Of a stretch of DNA of 64,000 bases, positions 9,791 to 26,177 are shown piece by piece. This stretch comes from Paraphysomonas bandaiensis (taxonomy: Eukaryota; Protista; Chrysophyceae): NCBI GenBank assembly GCA_965644295.1, contig CBFFRP010000023.1, positions 1 to 64,000 on the forward strand. The letters run 5' to 3'. Made by a program: the position numbers and the translations under genes. The notes under the pieces were generated by a model, which saw only the letters and a list, made by a program, of their open reading frames with translations, was not told where the DNA came from and ran no database searches. Within the stretch, counting starts at the first letter, position 1, and each line of letters begins with the position of its first letter.

Positions 9791-10174
9791 GACTTGCTGA
9801 TATTGCTGCGCGATAAATCTAACTCTGGGGATTGAAAAAAATTCTCACGTTTTCTGTTGTGGTTAGAACTTTGCACCGAGCGGCAAGGTAGTCTGCGGTG
9901 CTTAAATAAAACACAGTTGGTTAAAAGATACTGTATGTATCTTCCAGTATACAGAGGAATATACGTATAAACTACACACTGAAATCTAAAAAACCCCTTG
10001 AAGATCGCATCCCTTCAAGATACCTCCGATGCCGTTACTTTTTTCAAACTTGTCTCTTAGGATTGTTGTTTTGAAACTGCAGTCATAATTTACTGTTTGA
10101 AAGTACCAATCGAGTTTGCAAGGTAAAGCCATATGCGTTATATGTTACTGGGTTTTTGACTTCATTTGGTGTAG

Positions 10175-11518
<1,344 letters not shown>

Positions 11519-12556
11519 ATATATTATTATTTGCCAAGTTTGATATTAAATTTGTATTCCCGAGAGAGTTTATTGTATAGTTTAAATTTAATCAATTTTA
11601 ATTTGCATGAAAGTCGTTTAAGTTTGAATGTGGTACACTCTGAATGGTCTTACGTCATACTCCAGCCCGTCACCACACAGTATTATAAAGTTTCTCTTCA
11701 TGCTTCTGAAATCCTTCTATCCTAAATCTGAAATTGGTGTGCTGTGTATTGTGCTATTCATTTTAAATAAATTTGTGTAATTTCGTGTATTGCCAGATCA
11801 TCCAGTAACCAGTAATACAGTTGTACTTATGTATTTCATTAGATACTTATTGTTTATTGAACTGCTGTACTTGGAAATACGTATACAAGGCTTCAACTAC
11901 AATGAGAATACTGAATGTATCTTCCCTTATGCATTGATCATGAATCAGTTGTGATCTGGCTGAGCTATTAGTAATGTATATGGATGAAGGTCATTCCTGT
12001 AGGCCTTCCTCTGGCCTGGGAATCATATGTATATATATTGAGTATAGATAATAAGATGCAACTTCTGTACTCTGGAAGTTGCTTGTAGATAGTATTGTAG
12101 TTGTAGTCATATTCATTGTTAGTTATCTATTATTACTATAGAGGGAGAACATAAAATGGAGGTTCATGACTCTAGTTCTCTAGTTTGTTTCATTTAGCTC
12201 TGAAAAGGATCAGAGCAATGATTATTGAAGAACAACAGTCGATATCGAGTGCTGATGAGCAGCGCGTCAGAGATATTGGACTCGTTACTGTATCAGATGA
12301 TGCTGACACCAATAGGAGGGTGTTACATATGCTATTACTAATGGAATACTATTATATAATCGAATTTAATTTTAAAATCAAAATTGAGCAAATTTATCAA
12401 CGAATAGTCATTTAGAACATCTTTAAAGAAAAATTTCGTACACATTCAATATTTTGCTTATTCAATATATGTATTAACCCATGAAAATTATATTAATTAC
12501 AGCGAGCCAAGCTCTGATGTAGAACCTATTCTATTGGGTTGCATATAGCAGGGTAG

Positions 12557-13129
12557 TCATGTGAAGTTATCGCCAACATGTGGTAAGCAATGGCATTTGT
12601 TAAGTTCATTTTGAGTAGACCTAATTTGAAAGCAGTTGTTACATATATTTGGTATTGGATAACCTACAGGGCGACAAGGATCTGGTACCCAGGGCTCCCA
12701 ACCAGGAAACGCCATACATCCGTCAGCTCCAAGTCCACTTTCAGGCACAGTGCTGCAATGTAAATGCTGCTTTGGAAGTGTCAAAGCATATTCCTTGCTT
12801 GCTTTATCAAGAGTGTCAATAACAATCCAATCTGTATGCAGCTCACAGTCATACGACAGTGTCAAGCCCGTATCGCACACTCCACAGCGTGTGCGGTGTG
12901 CAAAAGAGGATGTCCTCATCGTGTTGATAAGATCACTTCCCTTAATCACTCTGTAATTTGGGACAGCTAAAAAGCCAACTCCAGGCCCTAGGATGCTATC
13001 AATGTAGTTCTTATCCTTATCGGGACACATTGAGCAATGACATATCAGTATCCCCCACACTCTGTCGATAGCATCAACAGAGTAATGAACCTTTCCACAA
13101 CGACATCCGCCAGATAAGCCACTCAACAT
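12557..13129 (-). CDS. GFA/CENP-V family zinc-binding protein
   Basis: GGCRCGKVHY, CHCSMC and RCGVCDT motifs; ATG at 13129. Confidence 0.8.
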   Translation of the reverse strand: MLSGLSGGCRCGKVHYSVDAIDRVWGILICHCSMCPDKDKNYIDSILGPGVGFLAVPNYRVIKGSDLINTMRTSSFAHRTRCGVCDTGLTLSYDCELHTDWIVIDTLDKASKEYALTLPKQHLHCSTVPESGLGADGCMAFPGWEPWVPDPCRPVGYPIPNICNNCFQIRSTQNELNKCHCLPHVGDNFT

Positions 13130-13197
13130 TGCATACCAATCAATAACAACCGTCAATGAAGAGGACTTTTGCACTCTCTTGCACTACAGCGTATTCG

Positions 13198-13742
13198 ATG
13201 TATGTATGTATGTATGTATGTATGTATGTATGTATGTATGTATGTATGTATGTATGTATGTATGTATGTATGTATGTATGTATGTATGTATGTATGTATG
13301 TATGTATGTATGTATGTATGTATGTATGTATGTATGTATGTATGTATGTATGTATGTATGTATGTATGTATGTATGTATGTATGTATGTATGTATGTATG
13401 TATGTATGTATGTATGTATGTATGTATGTATGTATGTATGTATGTATGTATGTATGTATGTATGTATGTATGTATGTATGTATGTATGTATGTATGTATG
13501 TATGTATGTATGTATGTATGTATGTATGTATGTATGTATGTATGTATGTATGTATGTATGTATGTATGTATGTATGTATGTATGTATGTATGTATGTATG
13601 TATGTATGTATGTATGTATGTATGTATGTATGCATGTATGTATGTATGTATGTATGTATGTATGTATGTATGTATGTATGTATGTATGTATGTATGTATG
13701 TATGTATGTATGTATGTATGTATGTATGTATGTATGTATGTA
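13198..13742 (+). repeat. (TATG)n microsatellite, about 545 bp
   Basis: Direct reading; one CATG variant unit. Confidence 0.99.
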
Positions 13743-15132
13743 GGTATTCATATAGGTACGTAGATGAAGTGGAACTGGAGTGTGGTGTGTTGTAGCTTAA
13801 AATGCTGACTTCGTGTGTTTCTGATGTGGCATCATCTCAGATTAATCTCAATAAGGATGTCCTTCGAGATTCTATGTTAGAGAGAGTGTTGTTGGCGGCA
13901 TCACTTGCAGCTGCTATCCACGAGTCGGCATATGTCCCTGTGTCCGCTGCTCTGACAGGCCACTGGAGTATTGTCACAATAATGTTTCAAGCCAGTGAAA
14001 TCCAACAATCTTGACGACATAGCAGGTAACACTAATCGAGGGCTGGTGGTACATACGAGGGTTTCAAGGGAATCAGATATGCAGCTTCGACCAATTGATT
14101 CGCAGCAGAGGGTGACAGTGTCTTTACTCTAGCTAGTAATTAGAATTGGAAAGTATATGTCGCCATATATCTCCGGAAGAAGGGAGAATTAGGAGGTACA
14201 CCAGAGATTCAGCCACGGGTTCAACAGCCTTAAATATTAAGTTGATATGAATTCTTTTCTCTCTTGCCACTTGTGGAGGTCCTTCTTGTATTTTTTACGC
14301 ATAGCAGCCGAAGCATTTTCAGCTGGTCGCGACGATCGTTCCTCCAGACTAAGATGGTTTCGGTTCTTGCGTATCACCCCACCATGGTTGATCACACCAA
14401 ACTGGTCTTAGGTCGATGTTCCAATTCCAATATGAACTATCATCTGCCAGCATATCAAGATTCGATATTAGGTTGAGTAAACTCAAGGAACTGAATTCTG
14501 TTTTGTATAAAATACTGGGTTTTGGTTTTCATATTTATAAAAATTGACCGACTTTGTTGAGGACAATTTTGAATATAGCAAATAACTTTAAATTTCTTTC
14601 AATATCATAATTAAAATAGATAATATTTCCTGTTAAAACAGTACATTGAAGTTGAATGTCTATATTTACCCGGCCGGGCTGCCTATCAATTACTTGATTT
14701 TCAATTAATTGTCAATTATTGAAATTGGGACATCAAATCATAATTGCATTTATAATTGACTCCAGCTTGCTTCAATTAATTGATATAAAAATACCACCTT
14801 TTAATACTGAGAAGTTTCATTTGCGTAATATTATTTTAGAGTTCATACAGTCAAGGTATTTCGGTTTCTCTAACATAGTTCATATTGTATCGTTGATTCG
14901 TGTACTACAGCTTTCAACTACTGTATTGTTGAAGTACGGTCATAATTCAAGCACCTTACAAATAAGTTTCTTACAAATAAGCAAAATTCAACATAACTAT
15001 AGCTACGAACTGGATACTAGCAAAGAAATCATATATAGACCGCGAAAACAATATAACGTAGTGATAATTAGATACACGTTACAACCACTGGAACTAATCA
15101 ATCGCACAATAATAGTAACATAAACATAGCTA

Positions 15133-18100
15133 CTATGACGCGGCTGTTCTTCTACGATACTGTGAGTAGGATGCAACAGTCCGTTCATTACAGACAAAGT
15201 GAGGATTAGACGCTTTCATAAACAAATCCGGTCCAATCTGAGTAAATCCGGGGTATTCTACATGTCCAGCAGCAGTGCTTCTAGAAGATGCAGCACTGTC
15301 AGGTGTTTGTTGAGCTAAATCAAGTGATGTAGAGGATTCTGTCACACCGTCACCCGACATATCGGCCATGCACTTCAATACAAGTTTCTTGGACTCATCC
15401 ATGCTACGTTTCAGCTTCTTTAGCCGAGAGAACTCGTTTTCCAAGTGCTGGAAAGATTTAGATGAAGCCCGATCTGTTGCCATGAAAGTAATATCGTCCA
15501 TTTCTGCCGCTACTACTTCTCTGTCGTACAGTGAAGTATAATCAAGAATGTCGCCTTCGGAGGTTAGTGAGCTGAGTCGCTTCGTTATTCTCTCTTCGTC
15601 TACCTCCCTGGAATATAATACTTGTCCATATAGATACCGGGACGCGGCATGTAGAACTTCTTCCTCCACACTTGAAACGGAGGAATATGCAGAAGCATGC
15701 AATATTTTCTCTACCTTTTGCTTCGCCACGGTAGGCATTTCCACGCTGGCCATTGATCTAAAGGACGCCTGGCGAGTGAGCTTGGCCTTCTGGATCTCTG
15801 GAACCACCTCGACCGGACCACTATCTTCAGGAGAATCGGAATAAATACACCGCTCAAGACAGGGTTCGATGAATACAAGTGATGACTGAATTGCCCCGAA
15901 TGCCATTTTGGCAGACTCGTTGCAATTCAAGCCCCTATAAGGCCCTACAATGTCGACAGATAATAAAAAATCTCACACCAGACAAAATTTATACCTGAAG
16001 AAACGGTGTCACTGATGTAGCTATCTTTTGCTAGCTGTTCCATAGCCTGCACGTCGTTATCATCAACCATGACGCCAGCTAGAGCATGTTCAAAGTCTTT
16101 TTCGCTCATACAACGACTTTCGGAAATGTACGATTCCGGATGGATGCCATCCTCGCAGTACCGGGTGTACAGTCGTTCTGCGCATTCGTCTGATGGTCTG
16201 GCTTGGAGGCCACCAGCATCATTTGCCCTAGAAGCCCATGTCATGGGACTCCTCTCCCGCTTCAAATCGGAGTCAGATAATGAAGATTTCAACACAGCCC
16301 CTTCGCTCTCTACTGGCTTCAGCAGGTCCCCTACCAGACTGCGCGCCCGCTGACCTAGAGATCTAGCAAACGAAAAGAGATCAAATTCAACTTGGTCTAT
16401 TCGCCTTCCCTCTCCCTCTGCTTCCATTTGTCCTTCCTCGTCGTCTCCATCGTCCTCTCGACCTTCTTGAATTGTCATCTTTCCCACATCCCGCCCTCTG
16501 GTCCAGTAGCCGACCGCTTCCGGCTTCGGTGCTGCAAACACCGTAGCATCCATAGGGTATTGGAACTCCTGAGATAATTCATCATCAAAACTGGTCAACT
16601 TCAAGGGAGTATGTGTAGTCTCGTAGTACGAGAGTGTTGACATTCCATCCTTTTTTGGTGGTAAACGCATCCACATCCGTTCGGAGTCAAAATCCATTAA
16701 AGCCTTGCGCCACCAGAGTTCCTCAGCTGCCTTGACGAGTTCCTTCTTTTCCGACAGACGCCGTTTGATTCTTTCCTTACTAGCTATATTGCGCTCTATT
16801 TTGTTAGCATCTTCAGGGTGCTTGATGAAATATTTTCTGGATACTTTAGACCAGTCAATATCATCCATATCATCAGAATCTTCAGGGGGAGGACGCTGCA
16901 AACATCCACTGTATATTATTTCCTCTATAGTAGGTCGGTCGCCAAGACTGGAACGTCTTGGAGCATCTTCAGTATCGCTTTCAGACATGTGCTCCCCTCT
17001 ACAAGACGAAAACAAAATTAGGTCAGTGTCCGGTCGAGGGGGGTGCAAAAGTCGATTATGAAGGAAATAATCGGTCTCCAGGTCCCATAGAGCGTATTCA
17101 TGTACACTTGGCTGAAAATATCCGAGGAAAAGGTTCATGGCATCTTGTTTGACACGATCGGTGAAGGAATTGCTGTAATATCTCTTAATGGAGGTAAGAA
17201 ACTCTCCATGCTTTGTCTTTCCAGCTCCCTTGGAAACTTTCTTATGCGCCTCCGACCCACCATATTGTAGAGCCAATCTATCACCCATATCACTGTAACA
17301 AACCAAATTAGTACAGTATACGGCCAGGTCGAACACAGTGACCACACCTGTACATATCCATAAGCCCAAGAAGCATAGCATTCGATGGCTCCAAAGTGTG
17401 ACTATCTAGCACCCCTAGCGCCGTAAGTGCGGTAGTCAGAAAGCGCACCCCCATAGCAAACTGCGCAACATTAGTTCTGTCCAGACAATCAATGCAGTTC
17501 GTGCGTAAAACACCCCGTTGTTCAATGTAACCCAACTCAGCTGCACGGTCAAGATGCCGCTCTGGCATGATCTCTGATAACCTTCCGCGATGCTTGATAG
17601 TGCTAAACACAGACAAAAATACGCGTCAAAATAGAAAAATGTACGGATATCTAGGGTACCTTGAGAAAATAGCAGTCTCCTGAAGGGACCAGGATGATAT
17701 CTCCTCTAGCTCTCTGAGTACATCCACCCGGCCAACAAGTGCTTCTCCTCCGGTCTGTTGATCCTTAACAGGAGGTTCCTCTCCTTCGCTATCACGATTA
17801 TCATTGGGAGCAGACATCATTGGCCCGCTCTCTGCTCGCCGCATACTTTGTTCGACCTCTTTGCCCAAGGAGGACTCTATTCGAGACCACTCCTTTCCTG
17901 TGGCAGCACCCTTGGAGTCCCTTCCAGGTGCAGCGCCTTTACTCTTCGACATACGTGAAAAGTCTAGTGCGATGTACCGAATTTGCTGCTCTGGGGGCAT
18001 GGATATATTTATGACGTCGATAGCTTGTCTGAAATCTTTTCCCACTAAAGAGAGTACGATCAGAAAGTATAATACACACGGAGTTCAACAGAGGTGGACG

Positions 18101-19387
18101 AACCTATACATTCTCTTTTACGTCGTTCATGCTGTTTGACAAGATCAAGTACAATCACAGGTAGACTGTACCGACGAATTAAATCTGCAAAGTGTTCCTG
18201 CGGCAACTATAAGGCACACCTTATACCACGCTTGGTGAGCTTACTTGAGTGGCGAGGTAGTTGGGGTCGAATCTATCCACCAGTATAGGCGGCTTCGGGT
18301 TGGTGACAGAGGTTTCCTGATACCAGTATGTGGGGATGGATCCACGCATCTGTACGTAGCTCGCAAAAGTCGCTTGAAGCCCGCTGTCTAGCTGCACGAT
18401 CTGCTCCATCTCACAGTCGTTGGCCACCTTTCCATGAACACTCACTCCGCGCTTCAGATACCTAAAACCACCACCTTACCAGTAAGCACACCAAAAGAAT
18501 CACTACATAACACGTACCGCGTGCCAGCATAGTGACGCGAGCGCCGTGCAATAAGCACCAGGTCGAGGGTACGTCCGAACATGCTAAATCTTCGCTGCAG
18601 AGTACGTCAAAACTCACATAAGACAGAAATATTATTGGACCTGTTGAAAAGACCCATGTATGATCGGTAGAGACCAAAGCGAAGCCGAAACGTCCCCTAG
18701 ACATGCTCTAATTTCATCAGTCTGATATTTATTCCATTCATACATCTCCTTGAAGGGTGGCGGCGGAAATGTATTTGTGCCGGACATGATGTAGTTATGC
18801 TGTAAAGAGTGTGTTAAGTCGTATGTGTAGCTGAAGAAAAAGTCTTTCGATATATCGATGAATTGAAAGAGCCCCATATATCGGGACTCTGCTTGATCTG
18901 TGTTAGTTTTAGTTAGCTTCTTGTTGACACTGCGCCACATCTTCGTTATTGACAACTCGTCCTTGGAGTTCTCTTGGGGACGGATCGCGAACACCTCTGC
19001 AGCCTTGATTGCGTATATGAAATTAGACCCCACACATCCGACCTTCTTCTTTTGGGTTATAAGAGTTACATAATAACAGTCTAGAAACCGGACAAATCCG
19101 ACTATACCGTACGCTACAGTGACACGACTGAGCCCTCCTGATGTTTTATTCCCCTCGTGGATCATCTCCAGCACCAGTCGGAGATCATCTTTGGTGTAAA
19201 CGATGGGGTCTTCAGTTAGAACCTCGTCCAGTGATCGAGGCTTAACCACAGTACGGTTGAGTTTAAGTACTCTGAAATATGTCTCCATTGCATCGCACCC
19301 CACTATATAATAATACGATGAGGTCTCGTACAGGATGTACCTCTCCATGCAGGTGATGATTGGACGGAGAGGGGTATTCATAACCAT
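15133..19387 (-). CDS. FIG4: FIG4/SAC3-type polyphosphoinositide phosphatase (multi-exon)
   Basis: SAC domain motifs YGIVGFVRFL, FFFSYTYDLT, VANDCEMEQ, RGSIP; catalytic RTNCIDCLDRTN; GDRLALQYGGS; RYYSNSFTD..KQDAMNLFLG. Confidence 0.92.
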
Positions 19388-19512
19388 TTTATTATACGAC
19401 TACAATCAAGGGGAGATACATATATGGACCATGCATGCAGATTACTATAACAGCCGCTGCACTGACTGAACTCTGCATACATAGACTTAGATAATCATGT
19501 GTATCCATACCG

Positions 19513-19848
19513 CATACATACATACATACATACATACATACATACATACATACATACATACATACATACATACATACATACATACATACATGCATACATA
19601 CATACATACATACATACATACATACATACATACATACATACATACATACATACATACATACATACATACATACATACATACATACATACATACATACATA
19701 CATACATACATACATACATACATACATACATACATACATACATACATACATACATACATACATACATACATACATACATACATACATACATACATACATA
19801 CATACATACATACATACATACATACATACATACATACATACATACATA
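19513..19848 (+). repeat. (CATA)n microsatellite, about 335 bp
   Basis: Direct reading. Confidence 0.99.
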
Positions 19849-20201
19849 CGTGTATATTCATATAGGTGGGTGGGATTATTCCCCTTAAGTTCTTCAGGTC
19901 ATTTCCATCCCAATTGCAATGATTCTAGAATGAGGCATCTCGACGACAGACATTGGGATTTAGAGGTGATATAATTCCTAATAATCTGATATATTCGTAG
20001 TAACTGTGAGTAGCCGTCTAGGGGTCTGGCTTTCTTAGTGGACCATTTTTTTGATACGATACGTGTGTTAGGAGGACTGCAGGGACTCGCACTGATAGCT
20101 GCCGGCTTATTGCTATTTTATCTCTTTGTATTAAGGACAATATCGTCACGTCATAAGCGTATAGCAGATTTAAAGAAACAGAGAAAAGAGAAGTAGACGC
20201 G

Positions 20202-21194
20202 ATGGAGTTCGATCATGTCGGAGCCCACTGTGAGAGTAGATTGCAACTCTAATTCATACGTGTTACAATTTTATCTATTATAGGTGAGGCGGAGTCGTGT
20301 AATCAGCGCGACTTCCTCCCGTTTAAATGTAGTTATTGTTCGAAAAATCTATGCCACTCACACAGAAGTCCTCTTGCACATGGATGCACTAGTGCTGGGG
20401 CCATCGATGTGACGAGCATGGATTGCCCAATATGTGGTAAAACAATAAAAATGAATAAATCAGATGACCCTAATGAAATTTGGGACCAACATTTTACGAC
20501 GATATGTTCTCAGCAACCAAAGAAAGAGCCAACACAAGTTTTACGCTGCGCTTCCCCTTCCTGCTCCACCGCATTGGGACCGAGCAATACCATCACTTGC
20601 ACCATGTGCCATCGTAAAGTTTGTATAACTCATCGTGCGCCAGATCACCATAGGTGTGGCCATCTTCGCCAACAAGATATGCTGAAATCGCGCCAGCATA
20701 TGTCGCAGAGTAAAAATGCTGAGAAACCGAAGTCCACATCGGTAAAAAATAAGAAAACAAGTATTCCCCGCCCGGAGAACACACTAATGGGGACCGCGAA
20801 GCACCGCCAGCAGCAAGCCGCTCCGCGTATTCCCACGGCATCCACATCTGCCTCTGCGGAAGGGGTGCCACCTTGTCATGTGTGTGGTGCTGTGGTTGGG
20901 TCTTTTGAAGGACTAGTCGAACACGTGGAGTTATTGCATCCTGCTCCTACTCCTTCCCCGCCTCCGAGTACAGTTCCAGCACATGTACAACAAGAGGCTT
21001 CATCTTCTGGTGTCGAAGTGGGTGTGACTCTATCACTCTCTTCTTTCATAATGTTTGTATTTATATAGGTGTGCCCTCAATGCCAGCGACGATTCTCGGA
21101 TGTCGTGGACCTTATTCGTCATGTCGAGAGGGATCACAGCAGCAGTAATAGTATCTTGTCCACAGGGAATAGTGACAACTGTAGCTTGAGCTAG
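20202..21194 (+). CDS. AN1-type zinc finger protein, ZFAND2/AIRAPL-like, with C2H2 fingers and C-terminal CaaX (CSLS); 3 exons
   Basis: MEFDHVGAHC|EAESCNQRDFLPFKC after splicing; second AN1 finger; ends NCSLS*. Confidence 0.85.
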
Positions 21195-22230
21195 CTCTCT
21201 TGAATTTTAAATCCAATACACTTATTTGGATTATAGGTAGACTAATGCCCTGCAGTCCGTTGTATTACAATAGTGAAGGCAAGTACTCTTTTCTATGTGC
21301 AACCGACTAGTCGGTAAACACTGACACTGCAAACTATTTCCAAATATTATGCTTGATGAGAATTCAAAATCTTGCGTAGTAATAATAAATAATATGGACT
21401 GTTGAGTTCTGCAGTATGATGCGATATATATTGTGCAATTGAAGTGAGCTAATAGTGAATTGGTGAAATCAACTCATAGGTGTAACGGGTGATTATAGTT
21501 ACAAAGGAAGTAAATTCAGTTACTGATGCATGACTATATAAGATGTAGGCGTTACTGGCGAGCATATGATAAACAGATGTTTCTGAGAACAGATGTTACA
21601 TAAACACATAAATATGTTGTGAAGTGCTTACATAATTAATTATAATTTCTTACTTTAAGTGTAGATCAAACCAACTCTAACATGGAAAATATGGTGTCAT
21701 CCAATATCCAATATATATATTTTCTACTCTGGTATCGATACGTAACAAACGTCTAGTCTGCACACTGCACACGCTATCGAATGTACGTCAGACATCAGTC
21801 ATCAGTCTCCTGTTCAGAGAGTATGATCTGTAAAATAATGCGAATATGTTTACTACAAAACTACTATCTATTAGCCATGTTGTTGTAAAGTATTGAGAGC
21901 TTTAAGTAAAGTTATAGAGCTCTGTTACCCTCAACTCGTACCTTATATCGTTAACGCTATTGTATTTTCGGTTTCTTTGCATATTGTATTCCTATTCCTG
22001 TTGTTGTAATTTAGTAGATGCTGTACTTCATTGCTACACTGAATACAGGATAGCTACTGGCGATAAATATCAACAAGTACGTACTTTGGAGTAGGTGTTG
22101 TAGTTAATATTTCTTCAAAACGTATAATAAAGGACCACGATGGTTAGAGTTATATAGTAGTGGTGTATGAGTGGTGTGTGAAATATAAAAGAGTATATAC
22201 CTGCATAGTTCACAAACAAAAACTACATAA

Positions 22231-24493
22231 TTATCGTCTAGCTTTAGAAGTATCATAATAGTGCTCTGCAAGCTCTAACAGCCAGCGTGGTTCTATTCTA
22301 GACACTTCACGTATTAATACAGCATTCGTATGAACTACATCATGGAAAATAACCCACTCAGGCGGTGCACCAAACCTAGCCAGCACCGACGAAGGGTGTA
22401 CAGTAACCGGGATGCGCCCCCGCACTGTCCAGTACATCCCACCCGATCCTAACTGTGCGACGTTAGCAAAGTACCCTGCCACTATACACCGACGAATCGT
22501 TTCATTGTCTTCCTCGCAGCTCGCGAGTACACAACCCTCAGGGGCAAACGCGATAAGCATCTTTCTCAACCGTGTCCGCACCTCATGGGCCCTCGATAGA
22601 ACTCTGGCTTGTAAACACATAGAGTCACACCATGACGAGTTGCACCCGCTGGACACATAAGATTGGTATATGTTTAGAAGTGTCAGGTGATCTCCTAATG
22701 GATTCACAAACTCTGCCCGACAATCTAGCAGTCGTTGCTTGGCCTCTTCGCTAGCTCGTCCACGCATTGTGATAAAAGGGTGCTCCACGGCACACATGGC
22801 AGCTACAGAGAGCATCTCCTCAGAACACCCCATATCTAGAGAAGCAAGAAGAGCCCTCGATAAACGGGGCTCCACAGGCATATCTGCCATCTGTGATCCG
22901 GATGCAGTTATGCAACATGACTCATCTAAGGCACCGAGGCTAAACAATAATTCCAGCGCAAATATCATGAGCTTCACCGGTGGAGGAGAGAGAAAGTCAA
23001 AATGCAAAACATCATCTATGCCGAGAGCCTTCAGTTGCAACACTGCCCACGATATATCCACTCGCTGCATCTCAGGAGGCGATGATAGTGGTAATGACTG
23101 GTAGGCGGATTCGGGCATAAGGCGAAAGCACTTCCCAGGCTGTGTTCTCCCAGCCCGACCGGTGCGTTGACTATATAAACAATACATAACGCCAGTTGTA
23201 TAACGTAAACATTTATCGCACTGACTTACCAAGCGGATGCTTTAGAAATAGAGCATGTGACCAATGAATCTACTCCACTCTCCGGATCGAAATATTTCAT
23301 CTTCACGAATCCGCTGTCCACAATATACTTAATTCCTTCTATTGTCACGGAGGTCTCTGCTATATTCGTCGCAAACACAACCTTCCTGTGTTTCGGAGGT
23401 GTGGGGTCAAAGGCACGCATCTGCAACCGGTGGGGAAGAGTACTGTAGAGAGGGAGAGCAATCAAATCTGGCTTCTCGTAGCGATCCTCCAGCATCTGAA
23501 TTGCAGAGTCAATTTCTTCGGCCCCTGGCAAAAAGACAAGCACATCTCCATCACTCTCCTGTGCGTGTATATCCAATACAGTTTGCACAGCACATCGGAC
23601 GTAATTTGAAGTCGGCTCTTCCAGGTACAGTATATCCACATCGTGAGTACGGCCGGCTACTGACAAGATACATGCCGTTTCTTCTCGGTCCTTTCCCCCT
23701 CCTGTTTCAAAGAAGTTCTTAATCTCCACTGCATTGAGTGTCGCCGACGTCACAATCACTCGAAGTTCAGGGCGCTTGCGCTTAATTTTCTTTAACAATC
23801 CAAGCAATATGTCTGTGTATAGAGAGCGCTCATGCGCCTCGTCCACCATGACCACACTGTACTTGCTAAGTAGAGGATCAGTGAGCGTCTCGCGCAAGAG
23901 CAATCCATCGGTGCAGTACTTGATGGACGTTTTAGGTCCACACTTGGAGTCGAATCGAATAGCATATCCCACATCCTCACCAACCAAGCATCCAAATTCT
24001 TCTGCAGTGCGGGAAGCAACAGATATCGTGGCAACACGGCGAGGCTGCGTGCAAACTATGCATCGCCCCCCTGCTGCCCATCCAGCCTCATATAAGAACT
24101 GAGGGATTTGAGTGGACTTTCCACTGCCTATAACATGATAGCAGTCAACTAATCTATTCTCTATTCTTTATACTCTAAATATTATGCATATCTATATATC
24201 TGCTGTCCTCTCATATATACACGTGAGTAAGCAGCGGAGTCTATCAGTTAATCGAGTAGCTCATATAGTCACACAGATCACTCCACACTACCATACATCT
24301 CACCTGTCTCTCCCACTAGCACTAGAACCTTATATTTCTCAAGACAATACAGCAGCTCTCTCTTGTGTCTGTGGATGGGCAGCAGCTGTCTCTGATAGGA
24401 GATAGGGAGGTGCTTGTGTCGGCCCGGGTGAAGAGGGGGCGGTTCATGGATATCTCCCCTGTCCACTGCGGTAGAGGGACGCCAGAATTCCAT
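22231..24493 (-). CDS. DHX35: DEAH-box RNA helicase DHX35-like (3 exons)
   Basis: N-terminal FWRP, GETGSGKST, DEAHER, SAT, QRTGRAGR, HA2/OB region. Confidence 0.88.
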
Positions 24494-24831
24494 CCTATGA
24501 AGCTATGATCACTCGCTACGACTAATAGTGTTAAAGTCTGCTACAGCAGTCAGCATATACACGCATATGTGTATATACATAGAGAGATAATCAATACTCA
24601 GTACTCGCGATATATCGCGATTATACCCTACACAACTACGAAGCGTATACCATCGTATACCATCGTATACCGAGATAGAGCCCTCAGTGGTATGTGTGTA
24701 CTTCATATAGTATGATCATCATACTCCTTAAATACGAGGGAGCGACACACCCTCTAATCACTGAAACATTGAAATTGTAAGCCACTTCACACATTAACCA
24801 TTCCATTTCCATAGAGGGTAGCAGATTGTCA

Positions 24832-26177
24832 ATGGAAATCAGTCCATCTGTAGCTGGTGGATTGGCAGCTTTAGTTCTAGCTGCAATTGGAATCGTCGTC
24901 TACTGGGTCTTTTATCCTGTGTTCTCAAGCTCATCAAACAATGATTGTGATGGTGATACATTGACAGCGAGAAATAGTAAGTCACAGCAGCTTAATCAAA
25001 TTAAATTGGATCCGACGTTGGATTTCAGTGTAATCGTACCAGCCTACAATGAGGTATGCCATCAATACCTTATATTAGTGAATTTCACATATCATAGGAA
25101 GCACGCCTGCCTCCAATGCTAGATGATACTATTGACTTTTTGAGTACGTGGTGTCAGCAACAGTCTTTTACCTTTGAGGTGAGTATGTATTATTTTTAGT
25201 GTCAGTTGTACTCAGTGAAACATTGCAAGATTATTGTTGTTGATGATGGAAGTTCTGATGACACCGCTGGGGTGGTGAAGAGTTATATTATGAAGCACGA
25301 TTTTGTGAAGCTTCTGAAATTAGGTCGCAACAGAGGCAAAGGTGGGGCTATAAAGCTGGGGGTACAAAGAGCATGTGGTCGGTATATATTAATGGTGAGC
25401 CTTATCTCTGGAAGAAACGGTATTCCTAATTTTTGTTCGAATATATGATAGGCGGATGCCGACGGAGCGACTGATATTCGCGACCTGCAATCCCTCTACA
25501 AGAGTCTGAAAGAATGTGAACGAAATGGGGACCTTAAACTCAGTGGCGTACCGGAGGACGGGGTTGTGGGGATGGCCGTGGGTAGTAGGTGAGTTATTAT
25601 CTCCAATTATTGTTCAGTACATGAGTGTACTATTCACCCATTCGCCACCAATGCATCGCGTTTATTTTATACATGTGTTCTAGGGCACATATGGAGGGCA
25701 AATCCATTGCTACTCGCGCACTGCACCGTACCATACTGATGTACGGGTTCCACCTGCTGGTGACTATTCTTTGCACCCGGAATGTGAAAGACACTCAGTG
25801 CGGCTTTAAGCTCTTCACCCGCAGAACGGCTAGAATTCTGTTTGGCGTGCTTCACCTGGACAGATGGTCCTTCGACACAGAGCTCGTGTTCTTAGCCGAA
25901 AGTCTCAATATGCCCATTACAGAGGTACGTAGGTTGAATATGCAAGGATTTTCATCACTCATCGCAAATATGACATCAGGTGGCAGTTAACTGGCACGAA
26001 GTCGATGGATCGAAGTTAATTCAGACTGGGGCCGATGTGGCCATTACTTCTTTGACAATGGCTCGGGATATGCTCTGTGTTAGATTATCTTATCTATTTG
26101 GTATTTGGAACTACAAGTGTGCTCTGGGAGAGAACATATCAAGACTGTGCAAAAGCCATCCGAAGAAGAGCGCTTGA
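24832..26177 (+). CDS. ALG5: Dolichyl-phosphate beta-glucosyltransferase (multi-exon)
   Basis: N-terminal TM segment, SVIVPAYNE, VDDGS, NRGKGGA, ADADGAT, DTQCGFKLF, W.FD.E, WHEVDGSKL. Confidence 0.92.

Noticed and set aside
13140-13795. YIHT/MYVC ORFs here and at 19.4-19.9, 33.1-33.5 and 59.8-60.6 kb
   Set aside because: Artefacts of stop-free (TATG)n repeats.
14040-14480. Possible gag-like fragment on the minus strand (RPAENASAAMRKKYKKDLHKW)
   Set aside because: Too short and unsupported by other retroelement motifs.
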